Source: Candidatus Peribacter riflensis (GTDB lineage: Bacteria; Patescibacteriota; Gracilibacteria; Peribacterales; Peribacteraceae). From it: 32,000 nucleotides of DNA. Under the pieces are notes generated by a model that saw only the letters and a list, made by a program, of their open reading frames with translations, was not told where the DNA came from and made no database searches. This document shows, one piece after another, positions 17,601 to 25,537 of the stretch (positions are counted from its first letter, which is position 1; each line of letters opens with the position of its first letter). The translations under genes were made by a program, and so were the position numbers. The stretch covers positions 510,001 through 542,000 of the forward strand of contig CP013062.1 of assembly GCA_001430755.1 (NCBI GenBank). Reading direction: 5' to 3'.

Positions 17601-19932
17601 CGAGGCACAAGGGCAGTGCATGGCGGGCTGGTGCAGCGACGGACTCCCCTGCTTCGGCGACTGGGATTGTGTCGATCTGTACCAGTGCATCTACAACTCC
17701 CTGAAGGATCCCTCCTGCACCGCGCAGTGCAAATGGACCAGCTCCCGCTCGTCGTCGAGCAGCCGGACCTCGGGCCTCAGCAGCGGATCAAGCCAGAGCA
17801 GTCAGTCTAGTAGTGGAAGTAGTGGAAGTAGTGGAAGTAGTGGAAGTAGTGGGAGCAGCAGAAGCAGCACCTCGAGCATCGTTATTCAGAGTTCCCCATC
17901 ATCACGCTCGTCCAGTTCATCCACCCTCTCCAGTCGTTCTTCTTCCAGTTCCTCCAGCAGGTCCCGACTGTGCGGCAACGCCCTCATCGAGATCGGCGAA
18001 GACTGCGATAACGGAAGCATCTGTGCAGCAGGAGACTTCGCCGGACGGCGGTGCGCACGGAACAGTGATTGCTCCTCCTATCGGGGTCCGTGTTCCGCAG
18101 GCACGTGCTCCGGCAAGCCCTCTGTCTTCTGCGGAAGCGACTTCGACTGCATAGAGGAATTTGCCTGCACCTATGATACGGCCTCAGATCTCACCTGCTC
18201 CACTCAGTGCAAATGGACAAGCTCCCGCTCCTCGTCGAGCAGCCGGACCTCGGGCCTCAGCAGCGGATCAAGCCAGAGCAGTCAGTCTAGTAGTGGGAGT
18301 AGTGGGAGCAGCAGTAGCAGGAGCTCCGGTTCGTCACGCACGTCCACTCCGCCCTTCTGCGGCAATGGTGTTCTCAACAGCGGCGAAGATTGTGATGACG
18401 GCAACCTGACGAACGGAGATGGCTGCGACAGCTTCTGCCAGCGCGAGAATATCATCGTCCAGCAGTGTGGCAACGGACGCGTGGAAGTTCCGGAGGAATG
18501 CGATGACGGCAACCGCATTGCCGGCGATGGCTGCGCTCCCACCTGCATGCGTGAGAATCCTCTGGCAAGCTGCGGCAACGGCAGTATCGAGGCTCCGGAA
18601 CAGTGCGACGATCGTAATACCACGGACGGCGACGGCTGTGATCGTTTCTGTCGCATCGAGTATCCCTGGGGTTCCAGCTCCAGCTACACTCCCGGCCAAT
18701 TCGTCTGCGGCAACAATATCCTCGAACCGGGAGAGGAATGCGATGACGGCAACCGCATGATCGGAGACGGATGCAATTCCCTGTGTCGCAGGGAACAGAC
18801 GTCCGGACAGCCCGTTTGCGGCAATAGTCTCAAGGAAGCATTTGAACAGTGCGATGACGGCAACCGGCAGGCGGGTGATGGATGTGATGCCTCGTGCCGT
18901 CTGGAGTCGACCATCATCACAGGTACACCCAATTGCGGCAATAACCTCCTGGAGTCGGGTGAAGAGTGCGACGATGGCAACCGGCGGGATTTTGACGGCT
19001 GCTCCGCCACCTGTTTCCATGAGCAAGGATCCTGCGGCGACGGCATCATCCAGCAGGCTCTCGGCGAACAGTGCGAACCGTCGATTCCGCGCGATCCCGA
19101 TAACCCTCTCCCCTACGGCTGCGGCCCGAACTGCCGGTTCACCTTAAACTTCTGTGGGAACGGGCTCCTCGATGCGGGTGAACAGTGCGATGCAGGTTCA
19201 CGCCTCAACAGTAATCAGCCCGATTCCCTCTGCCGACTCGATTGTTCCCTGCCACGTTGCGGAGATCGCATCGCGGACAGTGGGGAACAGTGTGACGACG
19301 GCAATGCCAAGAGCGGCGATGGCTGCGACCGCTTCTGCTTGCGCGAGGGCGGCGCCCCTGGTTCCTCCGCAGGATTTGCTGGCCAGTGCGGCAACGGGCG
19401 TATGGAAAATGGGGAACAGTGTGACGACGGCAACCTCAAGGTGGGTGACGGATGCAACGCATCGTGCCGTGTCGAAGCTGGCTGGCGCTGTGATGCCTCT
19501 GGGTGCTGCTTCACAGCAACCATCTGTGGCGATGGTATCCGTGGATGTAATGAGCAGTGTGACGACGGCAATCTCAAGGTGGGTGACGGATGCAATGCCT
19601 CGTGCAACCTCGAGTCCGGCTGGCGGGACGATGGCACAGGCAGACTCTGCTTCACGGGAGCAACGACCTGTGGCGATGGTATCCGTGGATGCAATGAGCA
19701 GTGTGACGACGGCAATCGCCTGAACGGCGATGGCTGCTCTGCAGACTGCCGTATAGATTCCGGCTTTGCCACTTCTGCACAACCAACGGGTCCGTTCCTC
19801 GCCACGCTCCGCGCCTATTCTCTCACCACCTCCCAGGCCATCCCGGGCCAGACTGGCCCTGCTGCCGTTGCCGTCATGGCCGCCGGTGCTGCCGCAGGAT
19901 TCTCCTGGATGCGACGCAGGAGGAAGCGATGA
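14677..19932 (+). CDS. giant secreted cysteine-rich-repeat protein (Myxococcus-type CGNG..CDDGN..GDGC repeats, DUF4215-like) with Ser-rich linkers and a C-terminal sorting signal
   Basis: N-terminal TM/signal anchor (ITVGIALGIVLILVL). S/G/E low-complexity region at ~15181-15610, G-run and S/K-rich region at ~16930-17495. Two ~80-aa Cys modules are followed by 12 tandem CG[ND]....E.CDDGN...GDGC...C units (18358-19750). The C-terminus is [30 protein letters not shown]. Confidence 0.85.
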   Translation: MRHLLGRITVGIALGIVLILVLQQNVSRKPEGGWNFFAALVDVTDCPVGTHVFHCKCNPKTIAAAEDISEEEAGGKDVYCCAVTEKGYLDEMKNPNGAVAEEGYNKMVAFLKLWGEHSGSDEEKEKFFNGEFAMTYEKSDGTQAQENPSCPTVSCNDCNEYINIITGQGGSSYPSSSGTSSDGGGSSASGGGSSASGGGSSRGGGGSSRAGGRSSAGGSSSEGGSSSSEEGSSSSEESSSSEGGSSSKGGGGSRSSGGGSSASDESSSEESSSSEESSSSEESSSSEESSSSEESSSSEESSSEDSSSSSSNAYYVICDKVDPKGYCCLVTDASQGKKCDKLGSPDTCQSPGTDPAKKDNVRGNWYLAQAQQGVPSNLQGAQNRCMSEGGGSDAGGPKECKGGCGNGEVEEGEACDEGRADNTDPMAGSVAEAPGCTGEKCGNGTVNIMRSLSYAREPVRGKMLWSDAWGEQLKKSNCTDECKIADCSEAGKAGNAEDQMKAINGCLGLHTDDAAELVCTPIKKQFIDDKEFVIPKGNVGVGDSPSLDNVETDFASCTLLPGRSTDYSQFIMGGGQELGSPLMVEEDEGGIAYSPASPFLAQAAPPPGADAGPCAANKGQCAGNAAPDQKKTGVVGDLCGCYCWTEKAGRVDDANKPCSSGGDCKSGTCYIVDTNDPNKKIQCKGNSDPACTDAQAHAIGKCARTVYYWNHPQCGPRADKLGMLWCVNHGCVEHPIRERKSVNRKDETPFPPMGQGGMPGKPGGAPGGGGPGTGGGTGGGGDTGGGGGGGGGGGSGGSGGSGGSSRASVISSARSSVVSSTTSKSSSKSSSKSSSKSGSSGGGPPGGGSKSSASKSASSKSSSKSSSKSSSSSASSKSTGPSSASSSSSKSSSSSSASSKSTGPSSSSKSSSSSKSSSGSSQSSCSSPCSRSSSSSRSAKCGNGRIDLGEDCDNGGMCKAGPRQFAECNADADCFEAQGQCMAGWCSDGLPCFGDWDCVDLYQCIYNSLKDPSCTAQCKWTSSRSSSSSRTSGLSSGSSQSSQSSSGSSGSSGSSGSSGSSRSSTSSIVIQSSPSSRSSSSSTLSSRSSSSSSSRSRLCGNALIEIGEDCDNGSICAAGDFAGRRCARNSDCSSYRGPCSAGTCSGKPSVFCGSDFDCIEEFACTYDTASDLTCSTQCKWTSSRSSSSSRTSGLSSGSSQSSQSSSGSSGSSSSRSSGSSRTSTPPFCGNGVLNSGEDCDDGNLTNGDGCDSFCQRENIIVQQCGNGRVEVPEECDDGNRIAGDGCAPTCMRENPLASCGNGSIEAPEQCDDRNTTDGDGCDRFCRIEYPWGSSSSYTPGQFVCGNNILEPGEECDDGNRMIGDGCNSLCRREQTSGQPVCGNSLKEAFEQCDDGNRQAGDGCDASCRLESTIITGTPNCGNNLLESGEECDDGNRRDFDGCSATCFHEQGSCGDGIIQQALGEQCEPSIPRDPDNPLPYGCGPNCRFTLNFCGNGLLDAGEQCDAGSRLNSNQPDSLCRLDCSLPRCGDRIADSGEQCDDGNAKSGDGCDRFCLREGGAPGSSAGFAGQCGNGRMENGEQCDDGNLKVGDGCNASCRVEAGWRCDASGCCFTATICGDGIRGCNEQCDDGNLKVGDGCNASCNLESGWRDDGTGRLCFTGATTCGDGIRGCNEQCDDGNRLNGDGCSADCRIDSGFATSAQPTGPFLATLRAYSLTTSQAIPGQTGPAAVAVMAAGAAAGFSWMRRRRKR

Positions 19933-22013
19933 AAGAGTCGGCCCTCTCTGACCTCTCGTATCCGATGACGCTGCCCTCTCTCCTCCGGCGCTTCCTGCTC
20001 CCCGCCACCCTTCTGGTGGCTCTCGTAACTGTCCTGACCTGGGAACCAGCTTCCTCCCCTCCAAACTTCAGGGCGCAGGTGACATCATCGACAACCTCCT
20101 CTGCGCTCTCTGGTACAGGATCGACAACATCTTCTTCGTCCCTCTCTGGTACAGGATCGACAACATCTTCTTCGTCTTCGTCTCTCTCGGACCCCGGCCT
20201 CTCCTCTTTGTCTTCCGCCCTGAGCTCCTCACAGCCAGCCGCATCTTCTTCAGTGGCCTCATCTGCATCCCCGACAAGTTCCGTTGGCATCCAATCTTCC
20301 GCCCCTGTCTCCTCCGCAGGAGCTCAGGCGAGCGATACGCCGGTGATCGGCTTGGAGGCGGGCCTGTGCGCCCAGGTGAAGCCGGACCCCGACACGGGGC
20401 AGAAACTGGTGTACTGCTGCATGGACGAAGGATACGTCTACCAACGTGAGGCCTCTCAGGAGGAGTACCAGGCATTCCTAGAGAGACTCGGAGAACTCGA
20501 AAACATGAATGCACGCGATGCCAAAGCAGCCTTCGAGGCCCCCTACAGCGGCAGCATCCACCAGAAGTACGGCTGGACGACGCTCTGTGGACGCCAGATT
20601 CCCTGTGATGTCTGCTCGCAGGATCACATCTGCGGCAACGGCATCGTGGAAGCGGCAGAGAAATGCGACGACGGCCCCCGCAACTCGGACGAAACCCCGG
20701 ATACCTGCCGACTGGATTGCACGCTGCCCTCCTGCGGCGACCGCGTCATCGACCGCCAGAAGGGCGAGGAGTGTGACGATGGAAATTTTAACGGAGACCT
20801 GCCCAACCGGTGCCGATCGACTTGTACGCTGCCTCTCTGCGGCGACAGGATCATCGATTCCTTCTACGGCGAAACCTGCGACTCGGGCAATGAGAATTCC
20901 GATTCAGCGCCGAACCGGTGCCGGTCGGCGTGTAAGTCGCCCAGTTGCGGCGACGGCGTCAAAGACAACAATGAGGAGTGTGATGACGGCAACCGCGGAG
21001 ATGGAGACGGATGTTCATTCCTCTGTTACATCGAACAGAGGCGGGAACCTCTGGATCTCACTCCACTCCGTTGCGGCAACGGCGTGCTGGAGCCGGGCGA
21101 GGAGTGTGACACGGGGGCGGAGAACGCCAATGTCCCCAATCGCTGCCGGCAGAACTGCTACCTGCCTCGGTGCGGTGACCGTATTCAGGATGAGGGGGAG
21201 GAGTGTGACGACGGCAATAGTGCGCGGGGCGATGGCTGCTCCCCCGAGTGCTCGCGCGAACTCACGCTCTCGCTCACGAATGTCTGCGGAAACCAGATCA
21301 TCGACCCCGGAGAGGAGTGCGATGCCGGACGCGCTAATACGAACATTCCCGACCACTGCCGATTCGACTGCCGTTTCCCCACGTGCGGGGATTACATCAA
21401 AGACACCAGCGAACAGTGTGATGACGGCAACCACTCCAACGGCGACGGCTGCACCGACTCCTGCTTCAGTGAATTCTGCGGCAACGGCACGCAAGAAATG
21501 GGCGAGGCGTGCGACGACGGCAATCTGGTGGGCGGCGACGGCTGCAGCCGCACATGCCAGAAGGAAATCGGTCAGGCTGTCGAGGCTCTCACCATGTCCA
21601 CTCAGAGTGCTGGTACACTGCGTCCGGCAGCATCCAGCCGTGGTCCACTCCCCGTCTCCTCCCGATCTGCGAGCGCCCCGCTCCAGCAGCAAACAACCTC
21701 TGCGCCCCCCTCTTCTTCCCTGCCTGCGGATGTCGCCGTGAACGTGGGGCAGCCCGAGCCGCTCTTCGTTGTTTCTTCCAGCTCCGCCGCTTCGCAGTGG
21801 TCCTCCACCCCGTTCGGCGCGCAGGTAATCACCTTCCCCACAGCTTCAGTCACCTCTCCGTCTCCCGTTTCTCCCTCCTCCTACTATTACACGCCGCAGC
21901 CCTCCTTCGCGGGCTCCGATGCCCTGAACGACACCGGCCCGGCAGCGCTCAGTATTGTCGCCATGGGGGCAGCGGCAGGCTTCGCCTGGGCGAGACGCAA
22001 GCGAAGGGATTAG
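19929..22013 (+). CDS. secreted cysteine-rich-repeat protein, paralogous architecture to the upstream gene
   Basis: Its ATG overlaps the upstream TGA (ATGA at 19929-19932). Hydrophobic N-terminus, Ser/Thr-rich region with a 36-bp tandem duplication (~20106-20176), VYCC module, 9 CG[ND]...CDDGN units. The C-terminus is [29 protein letters not shown]. Confidence 0.85.
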   Translation: MKESALSDLSYPMTLPSLLRRFLLPATLLVALVTVLTWEPASSPPNFRAQVTSSTTSSALSGTGSTTSSSSLSGTGSTTSSSSSSLSDPGLSSLSSALSSSQPAASSSVASSASPTSSVGIQSSAPVSSAGAQASDTPVIGLEAGLCAQVKPDPDTGQKLVYCCMDEGYVYQREASQEEYQAFLERLGELENMNARDAKAAFEAPYSGSIHQKYGWTTLCGRQIPCDVCSQDHICGNGIVEAAEKCDDGPRNSDETPDTCRLDCTLPSCGDRVIDRQKGEECDDGNFNGDLPNRCRSTCTLPLCGDRIIDSFYGETCDSGNENSDSAPNRCRSACKSPSCGDGVKDNNEECDDGNRGDGDGCSFLCYIEQRREPLDLTPLRCGNGVLEPGEECDTGAENANVPNRCRQNCYLPRCGDRIQDEGEECDDGNSARGDGCSPECSRELTLSLTNVCGNQIIDPGEECDAGRANTNIPDHCRFDCRFPTCGDYIKDTSEQCDDGNHSNGDGCTDSCFSEFCGNGTQEMGEACDDGNLVGGDGCSRTCQKEIGQAVEALTMSTQSAGTLRPAASSRGPLPVSSRSASAPLQQQTTSAPPSSSLPADVAVNVGQPEPLFVVSSSSAASQWSSTPFGAQVITFPTASVTSPSPVSPSSYYYTPQPSFAGSDALNDTGPAALSIVAMGAAAGFAWARRKRRD

Positions 22014-22014
22014 A

Positions 22015-22102
22015 GAATAGGGAATAGGGAATCGGGATTCGGACGCAGGAAAACAGAAATCGACACTCTCTTTCCTAAGTCCTATTCCCTATTCCCGATT
22101 CC
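22015..22102. repeat. heptamer repeats (AATAGGG)2-AATCGGG on the left and (CCCTATT)2-CCCGATT on the right of a convergent spacer
   Basis: GAATAGGGAATAGGGAATCGGGATTCGG (22015-22042) and CCTATTCCCTATTCCCGATTCC (22081-22102). At least 13 bp can pair. Both arms abut stop codons (22011-13 on + and 22103-05 on -). Confidence 0.85.
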
Positions 22103-22984
22103 TTACCACTTCCCGCCCGCTCCGCCTCCACCGAAGGAGCCGCCTCCGAACCCGCCAAATCCCCCGCCGCCGCCGGATCCGAAGCCGCCACCCGTGCCCC
22201 ATCCGCCAAAGCGCCCCCGACGTCCCGGCTTTGCTGCACGGTAGGTCTTGGAGGCTATAAAATCGATGAGCAGACCGATGATGAAGAGAAGCGGAATGAA
22301 GAGCCACCACCCATAGACGAGCACGATAGCAATCCCGCAGACCGCCCCCAGCACGCCGCCCAGCCACCAGCTCTTCGAACGGCCGAGGAACGCCAGAAGC
22401 CACTGAAACAGAATGACGCCCGCGAAGAACAGAAAGGCAACGAACCCGGAGCCGTCGCCGGATTGCGATGCGTAGCGGTCAGCCGTGTACTCGCCGCCAA
22501 TGTGCTTCTTCAGCGCCTCGATGCCCGCCGTGAGACCGCCGGCGTAGTCCCCGTCGCGGAAAAGGGGCGTGATCTCCTGCTCGATGATTCCCTTGGCCAC
22601 GATGTCCGGCACAGCCCCCTCCAGCCCGTACCCCGTAGCGAGAAAGATCTCGCGGTCCTCATACGCCACGAGAATCAGAATGCCGTTATTGTTCTCTTTC
22701 GTCCCCACGCCCCACTTGCGGCCGACCTGCACGGCAACATCGGCAATCGGTTCCCCGCTCAGGGTATCGACAATCAGCACGGCGATCTGGTTGCTCGTTT
22801 CTTTCTGGTAGGCGCCGAGCGTCTCTTCAATCTGTGCCTGATACTCAGCGGAAAGTACATTCGTCGCGGTCGTATCCGTCACGTACCCGTCATTCGGCGG
22901 GACATCGAAGGCCCCTGCCCCAGCTGCGAACCCGAAGACCGCGACGAGGCCGGCAAGGCCGACGATGAAGGGACGTGCGCGCAT
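22103..22984 (-). CDS. TPM-domain (YgcG-like) membrane protein with Gly-rich tail
   Basis: Signal peptide, then QIAVLIVDTL...ILILVAYEDREIFLATGYGLEG (TPM domain), TM helices, and the C-terminal tail GGFGSGGGGGFGGFGGGSFGGGG. Confidence 0.85.
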   Translation of the reverse strand: MRARPFIVGLAGLVAVFGFAAGAGAFDVPPNDGYVTDTTATNVLSAEYQAQIEETLGAYQKETSNQIAVLIVDTLSGEPIADVAVQVGRKWGVGTKENNNGILILVAYEDREIFLATGYGLEGAVPDIVAKGIIEQEITPLFRDGDYAGGLTAGIEALKKHIGGEYTADRYASQSGDGSGFVAFLFFAGVILFQWLLAFLGRSKSWWLGGVLGAVCGIAIVLVYGWWLFIPLLFIIGLLIDFIASKTYRAAKPGRRGRFGGWGTGGGFGSGGGGGFGGFGGGSFGGGGAGGKW

Positions 22985-23550
22985 TACTGGACGAAATCCA
23001 CCGAGGGAGCCACTTCGGCACCTTCGACCGCTTCAAAGGGATTCTCCCGGCTAAATCCGAAAATGCCTGCGAGCAGGTTCGAGGGGAAACGGCGGATCGC
23101 CACGTTGTAGACCTGCACGGCGTCGTTGTAGTCCTTGCGGGCGATGGAAATACGGTTCTCGGTGCCCTCCAGCTGCGTCATGAGGTCACGGAAGGCTTCC
23201 GTGGCCTTGAGCTGCGGATAGGCCTCGACGGTGACGAGCAGACGACCCAGTGCGCCCTCCATGTTCTGGGCGGCGGCCAGCTTATCCTGACGCGATGTGG
23301 CACCCATCCACTGCGTGCGCGCCTCTGTCACTGCCGTGAGCGTGGACTGCTCGAAGTTTGCCGCTCCCTTCACGGTATTCACGAGGTTCGGCACCAGATC
23401 GATGCGACGCTGGTAATTCGTCTCGACCTGCGCCCATGCGTTCTTCACGTTCTCTTCTTGTGAGACGAAACCGTTGTATCCGGTCCAGACCCATCCGGCA
23501 ACGACAACGAGGACAACAATCAGGGCAATAATCCAGGGTTTCTTGATCAT
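22984..23550 (-). CDS. lemA: LemA family protein
   Basis: N-terminal TM helix, YNGFVSQEENVKNAWAQVETNYQRRIDLVPNLV, ENRISIARKDYNDAVQVYN. Its stop overlaps the TPM start by 1 nt (TAATG). Confidence 0.9.
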   Translation of the reverse strand: MIKKPWIIALIVVLVVVAGWVWTGYNGFVSQEENVKNAWAQVETNYQRRIDLVPNLVNTVKGAANFEQSTLTAVTEARTQWMGATSRQDKLAAAQNMEGALGRLLVTVEAYPQLKATEAFRDLMTQLEGTENRISIARKDYNDAVQVYNVAIRRFPSNLLAGIFGFSRENPFEAVEGAEVAPSVDFVQ

Positions 23551-23592
23551 GGAAAAAAGGGGGAAATCGGACGCAGTATAGCAGACCTGCGT

Positions 23593-24138
23593 TCAGGAAG
23601 TATGGAGTACGAACCGGTAGGGCCTTTTGGCCCACTCTTTGGCATACGCTACCCCGATCCGCGGCATCCGGCGGATCGAGCTTGCCCGTACCTCAATGCC
23701 CCGGTCCTCGATCCAGAGCCCGCTCGTCTTGTCAGCCTGTCTCCCGTTGAGCAGACCGTTGATCCCGAGTGCCTTCGTGAGCTTGCCGGGCCCGTTCCAT
23801 GTGCCCTGAGTCGCATCGAAGGACTCCCCCACCCCGCGAATCAATACGGCAGCAGGATAGTCCACTGGCCCCGTCACAACATTGAGCATCCAATGCATGC
23901 CGTACACGAAGTACACGTACCAGTGCCCTGCCGGGCCGAACATCACGGCGTTGCGCCTGGTTTGGCCCCGGTGCGCGTGGCAGGCCTTGTCTAAGGGCCC
24001 GTCGTACGCCTCCACCTCGGTGATCATCGCCGCAACCGTCTTGCGGCCCCTGCGCCGTACGAGGAATTTGCCGAGGAGAGAGCGGGCAACAGTGAGCGCC
24101 GGACGATCGAAGAAGGAGAATGGAAGCGCACGAGCCAT
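23593..24138 (-). CDS. mpg: DNA-3-methyladenine glycosylase (Mpg/AAG family)
   Basis: FFDRPALTVARSLLGKFLV, ITEVEAYDGPLDKACHAHRGQTRRN, GHWYVYFVYGMHWMLNVV, AVLIRG. Confidence 0.9.
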   Translation of the reverse strand: MARALPFSFFDRPALTVARSLLGKFLVRRRGRKTVAAMITEVEAYDGPLDKACHAHRGQTRRNAVMFGPAGHWYVYFVYGMHWMLNVVTGPVDYPAAVLIRGVGESFDATQGTWNGPGKLTKALGINGLLNGRQADKTSGLWIEDRGIEVRASSIRRMPRIGVAYAKEWAKRPYRFVLHTS

Positions 24139-24180
24139 GGCGGAATTCTAGTGGGAAGTCTGCTATGCTGAAACACAGTC

Positions 24181-24201
24181 CGGGGTGTAGCTCAGTTGGC
24201 T
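24181..24201 (+). pseudogene. orphan 5' fragment of tRNA-Pro (21 nt identical to 24286-24306)
   Basis: CGGGGTGTAGCTCAGTTGGCT is duplicated; with 2 upstream nt the identity is 23 nt. It is followed by a GC hairpin (GCGTCG-CTTG-CGACGC, 24207-24222) and by AGCGCTCTAGCC, which is a D-arm sequence in inverted orientation. No matching 3' acceptor strand is present. Confidence 0.6.
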
Positions 24202-24285
24202 GCTGAGCGTCGCTTGCGACGCGAGCAATAAACGATACAGCGCTCTAGCCCATGACCGATTGTTTTGATGTATCCTACGTGCATC

Positions 24286-24362
24286 CGGGGTGTAGCTCAG
24301 TTGGCTAGAGCGCCTGCTTTGGGAGCAGGAGGCCGTGCGTTCAAGTCGCACCACCCCGACCA
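24286..24362 (+). tRNA. tRNA-Pro (anticodon TGG), CCA encoded
   Basis: Manual cloverleaf: acceptor CGGGGTG/CACCCCG, D arm GCTC-AGTTGGCTA-GAGC, anticodon arm CCTGC-TTTGGGA-GCAGG, T arm GTGCG-TTCAAGT-CGCAC, discriminator A, then CCA. Confidence 0.9.
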
Positions 24363-24460
24363 GCCTTCGCTCCTCTGCGGAGGAGCTACGGCTGGCAAGC
24401 CAAGGTGCCTTCGAGCCGAAGACGAGTCCCGCACATGCGGGGCCACCTCCTCTCAAAAAT

Positions 24461-25015
24461 ATGCCCACAGTGTTCGTCTTTCACGGCGTTGGCGGCCATT
24501 CGAAAGAAAACTGGTTCCCCTGGCTAAAGGATGCATTGGGGCAGGAAGGCTATGACGTCGTGGTCCCGGACTTTCCGAACCCGAACCATCCTGTACTGTC
24601 GGAATGGTCCGATTGCTTCCGCCAATACGACACACTGATTGACGAACACACTGTTTTCGTCGGGCACAGCCTTGGAGGCGCATTTGCCCTGCGGCTGCTC
24701 GAACGGATGCCGAGACCCATTCACGCATGCTTCCTCGTCGCATCCGTCTGTGGTGTGATGGGAAATCAGTTCGATCCGGAGATGAAGACATTCACGGAAC
24801 ATCCGTTCGATTGGGAGACGATACGAAAGAAGGTAAAACACATTTCGGTCGTTCATTCCGACAACGATCCCTACATCAAACTCTCGCAGGCCGAGGCACT
24901 TGCAAAAAATCTCGGCACGACGGTGACGCTTGTCCGCGGCGGAGGCCACCTCAGTGCGAGTGCCGGGTATACAGAATTCCCGCTCTTACTGGAACAGATC
25001 ACCGCTACCGCGTAA
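24461..25015 (+). CDS. alpha/beta hydrolase (YdeN/RBBP9-like serine hydrolase)
   Basis: VFVFHGVGGHSKENWFPWL, nucleophile elbow GHSLGG, VVHSDNDPYI, GGGHL. ATG 24461 is used because the track start 24335 overlaps the tRNA. Confidence 0.75.
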   Translation: MPTVFVFHGVGGHSKENWFPWLKDALGQEGYDVVVPDFPNPNHPVLSEWSDCFRQYDTLIDEHTVFVGHSLGGAFALRLLERMPRPIHACFLVASVCGVMGNQFDPEMKTFTEHPFDWETIRKKVKHISVVHSDNDPYIKLSQAEALAKNLGTTVTLVRGGGHLSASAGYTEFPLLLEQITATA

Positions 25016-25505
25016 ACCGCCGCTCGTAGTCGGCCTTCTGATACTCCGTGCCAGATGCAAGCTTCTCCTTCTCCGCTTTCTGAATCTGTCCTTCTTTGTC
25101 CCACTGCACCTTCTTTTGGCACCAGTTGCCGAACCGCTGCGCGTTGAAAACGACCTTGCCCTTGCTCAGGCACCAGTCGATGCAGCGGTCCACCTCGGCA
25201 GTCATGCCCTGCACGCGGCCATAATAGCGGTGCACCGTCAGATAGAAATGTTTCGGCTCACACTTGAGACACTTGAGCCCCACAAGCGCACACGCATCTT
25301 TGGCATGCTCCGAGAGCTTCTCGGCAAGGCTGATTTCTGCACTCGTGAGTTCAATGGGCATCGTCCGGTCAATAGTATGCAAAGCACTCTCGCTAAACAA
25401 GATTTGCAGCGCGATCTTGCCGGATTCCAGAGTGATGCCAATGTCCAGTACTCCACTTTGTTTCCCCGCTGCGAACAAGTGACAATACACATTTCGGAGG
25501 TACAA
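25005..25505 (-). CDS. hypothetical protein (possible Cys-cluster/zinc-binding)
   Basis: The ORF starts with TTG at 25505. ATG 25361 (MPIELTSAE...) is a plausible shorter start because 25362-25505 looks less GC-rich. It contains CLKC...CIDWC. I recognise no family. Confidence 0.45.
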   Translation of the reverse strand: MYLRNVYCHLFAAGKQSGVLDIGITLESGKIALQILFSESALHTIDRTMPIELTSAEISLAEKLSEHAKDACALVGLKCLKCEPKHFYLTVHRYYGRVQGMTAEVDRCIDWCLSKGKVVFNAQRFGNWCQKKVQWDKEGQIQKAEKEKLASGTEYQKADYERRFTR

Positions 25506-25537
25506 TTCGCAGTTGAACTGCCTTTCCCCCTCCTCCT

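Noticed and set aside
24181-24260. A second functional tRNA upstream of tRNA-Pro
   Set aside because: Only the first 21 nt match a tRNA. The following hairpin has a 4-nt loop, so it is not an anticodon arm. No T arm or complementary 3' acceptor strand (CACCCCG) exists before the real tRNA.
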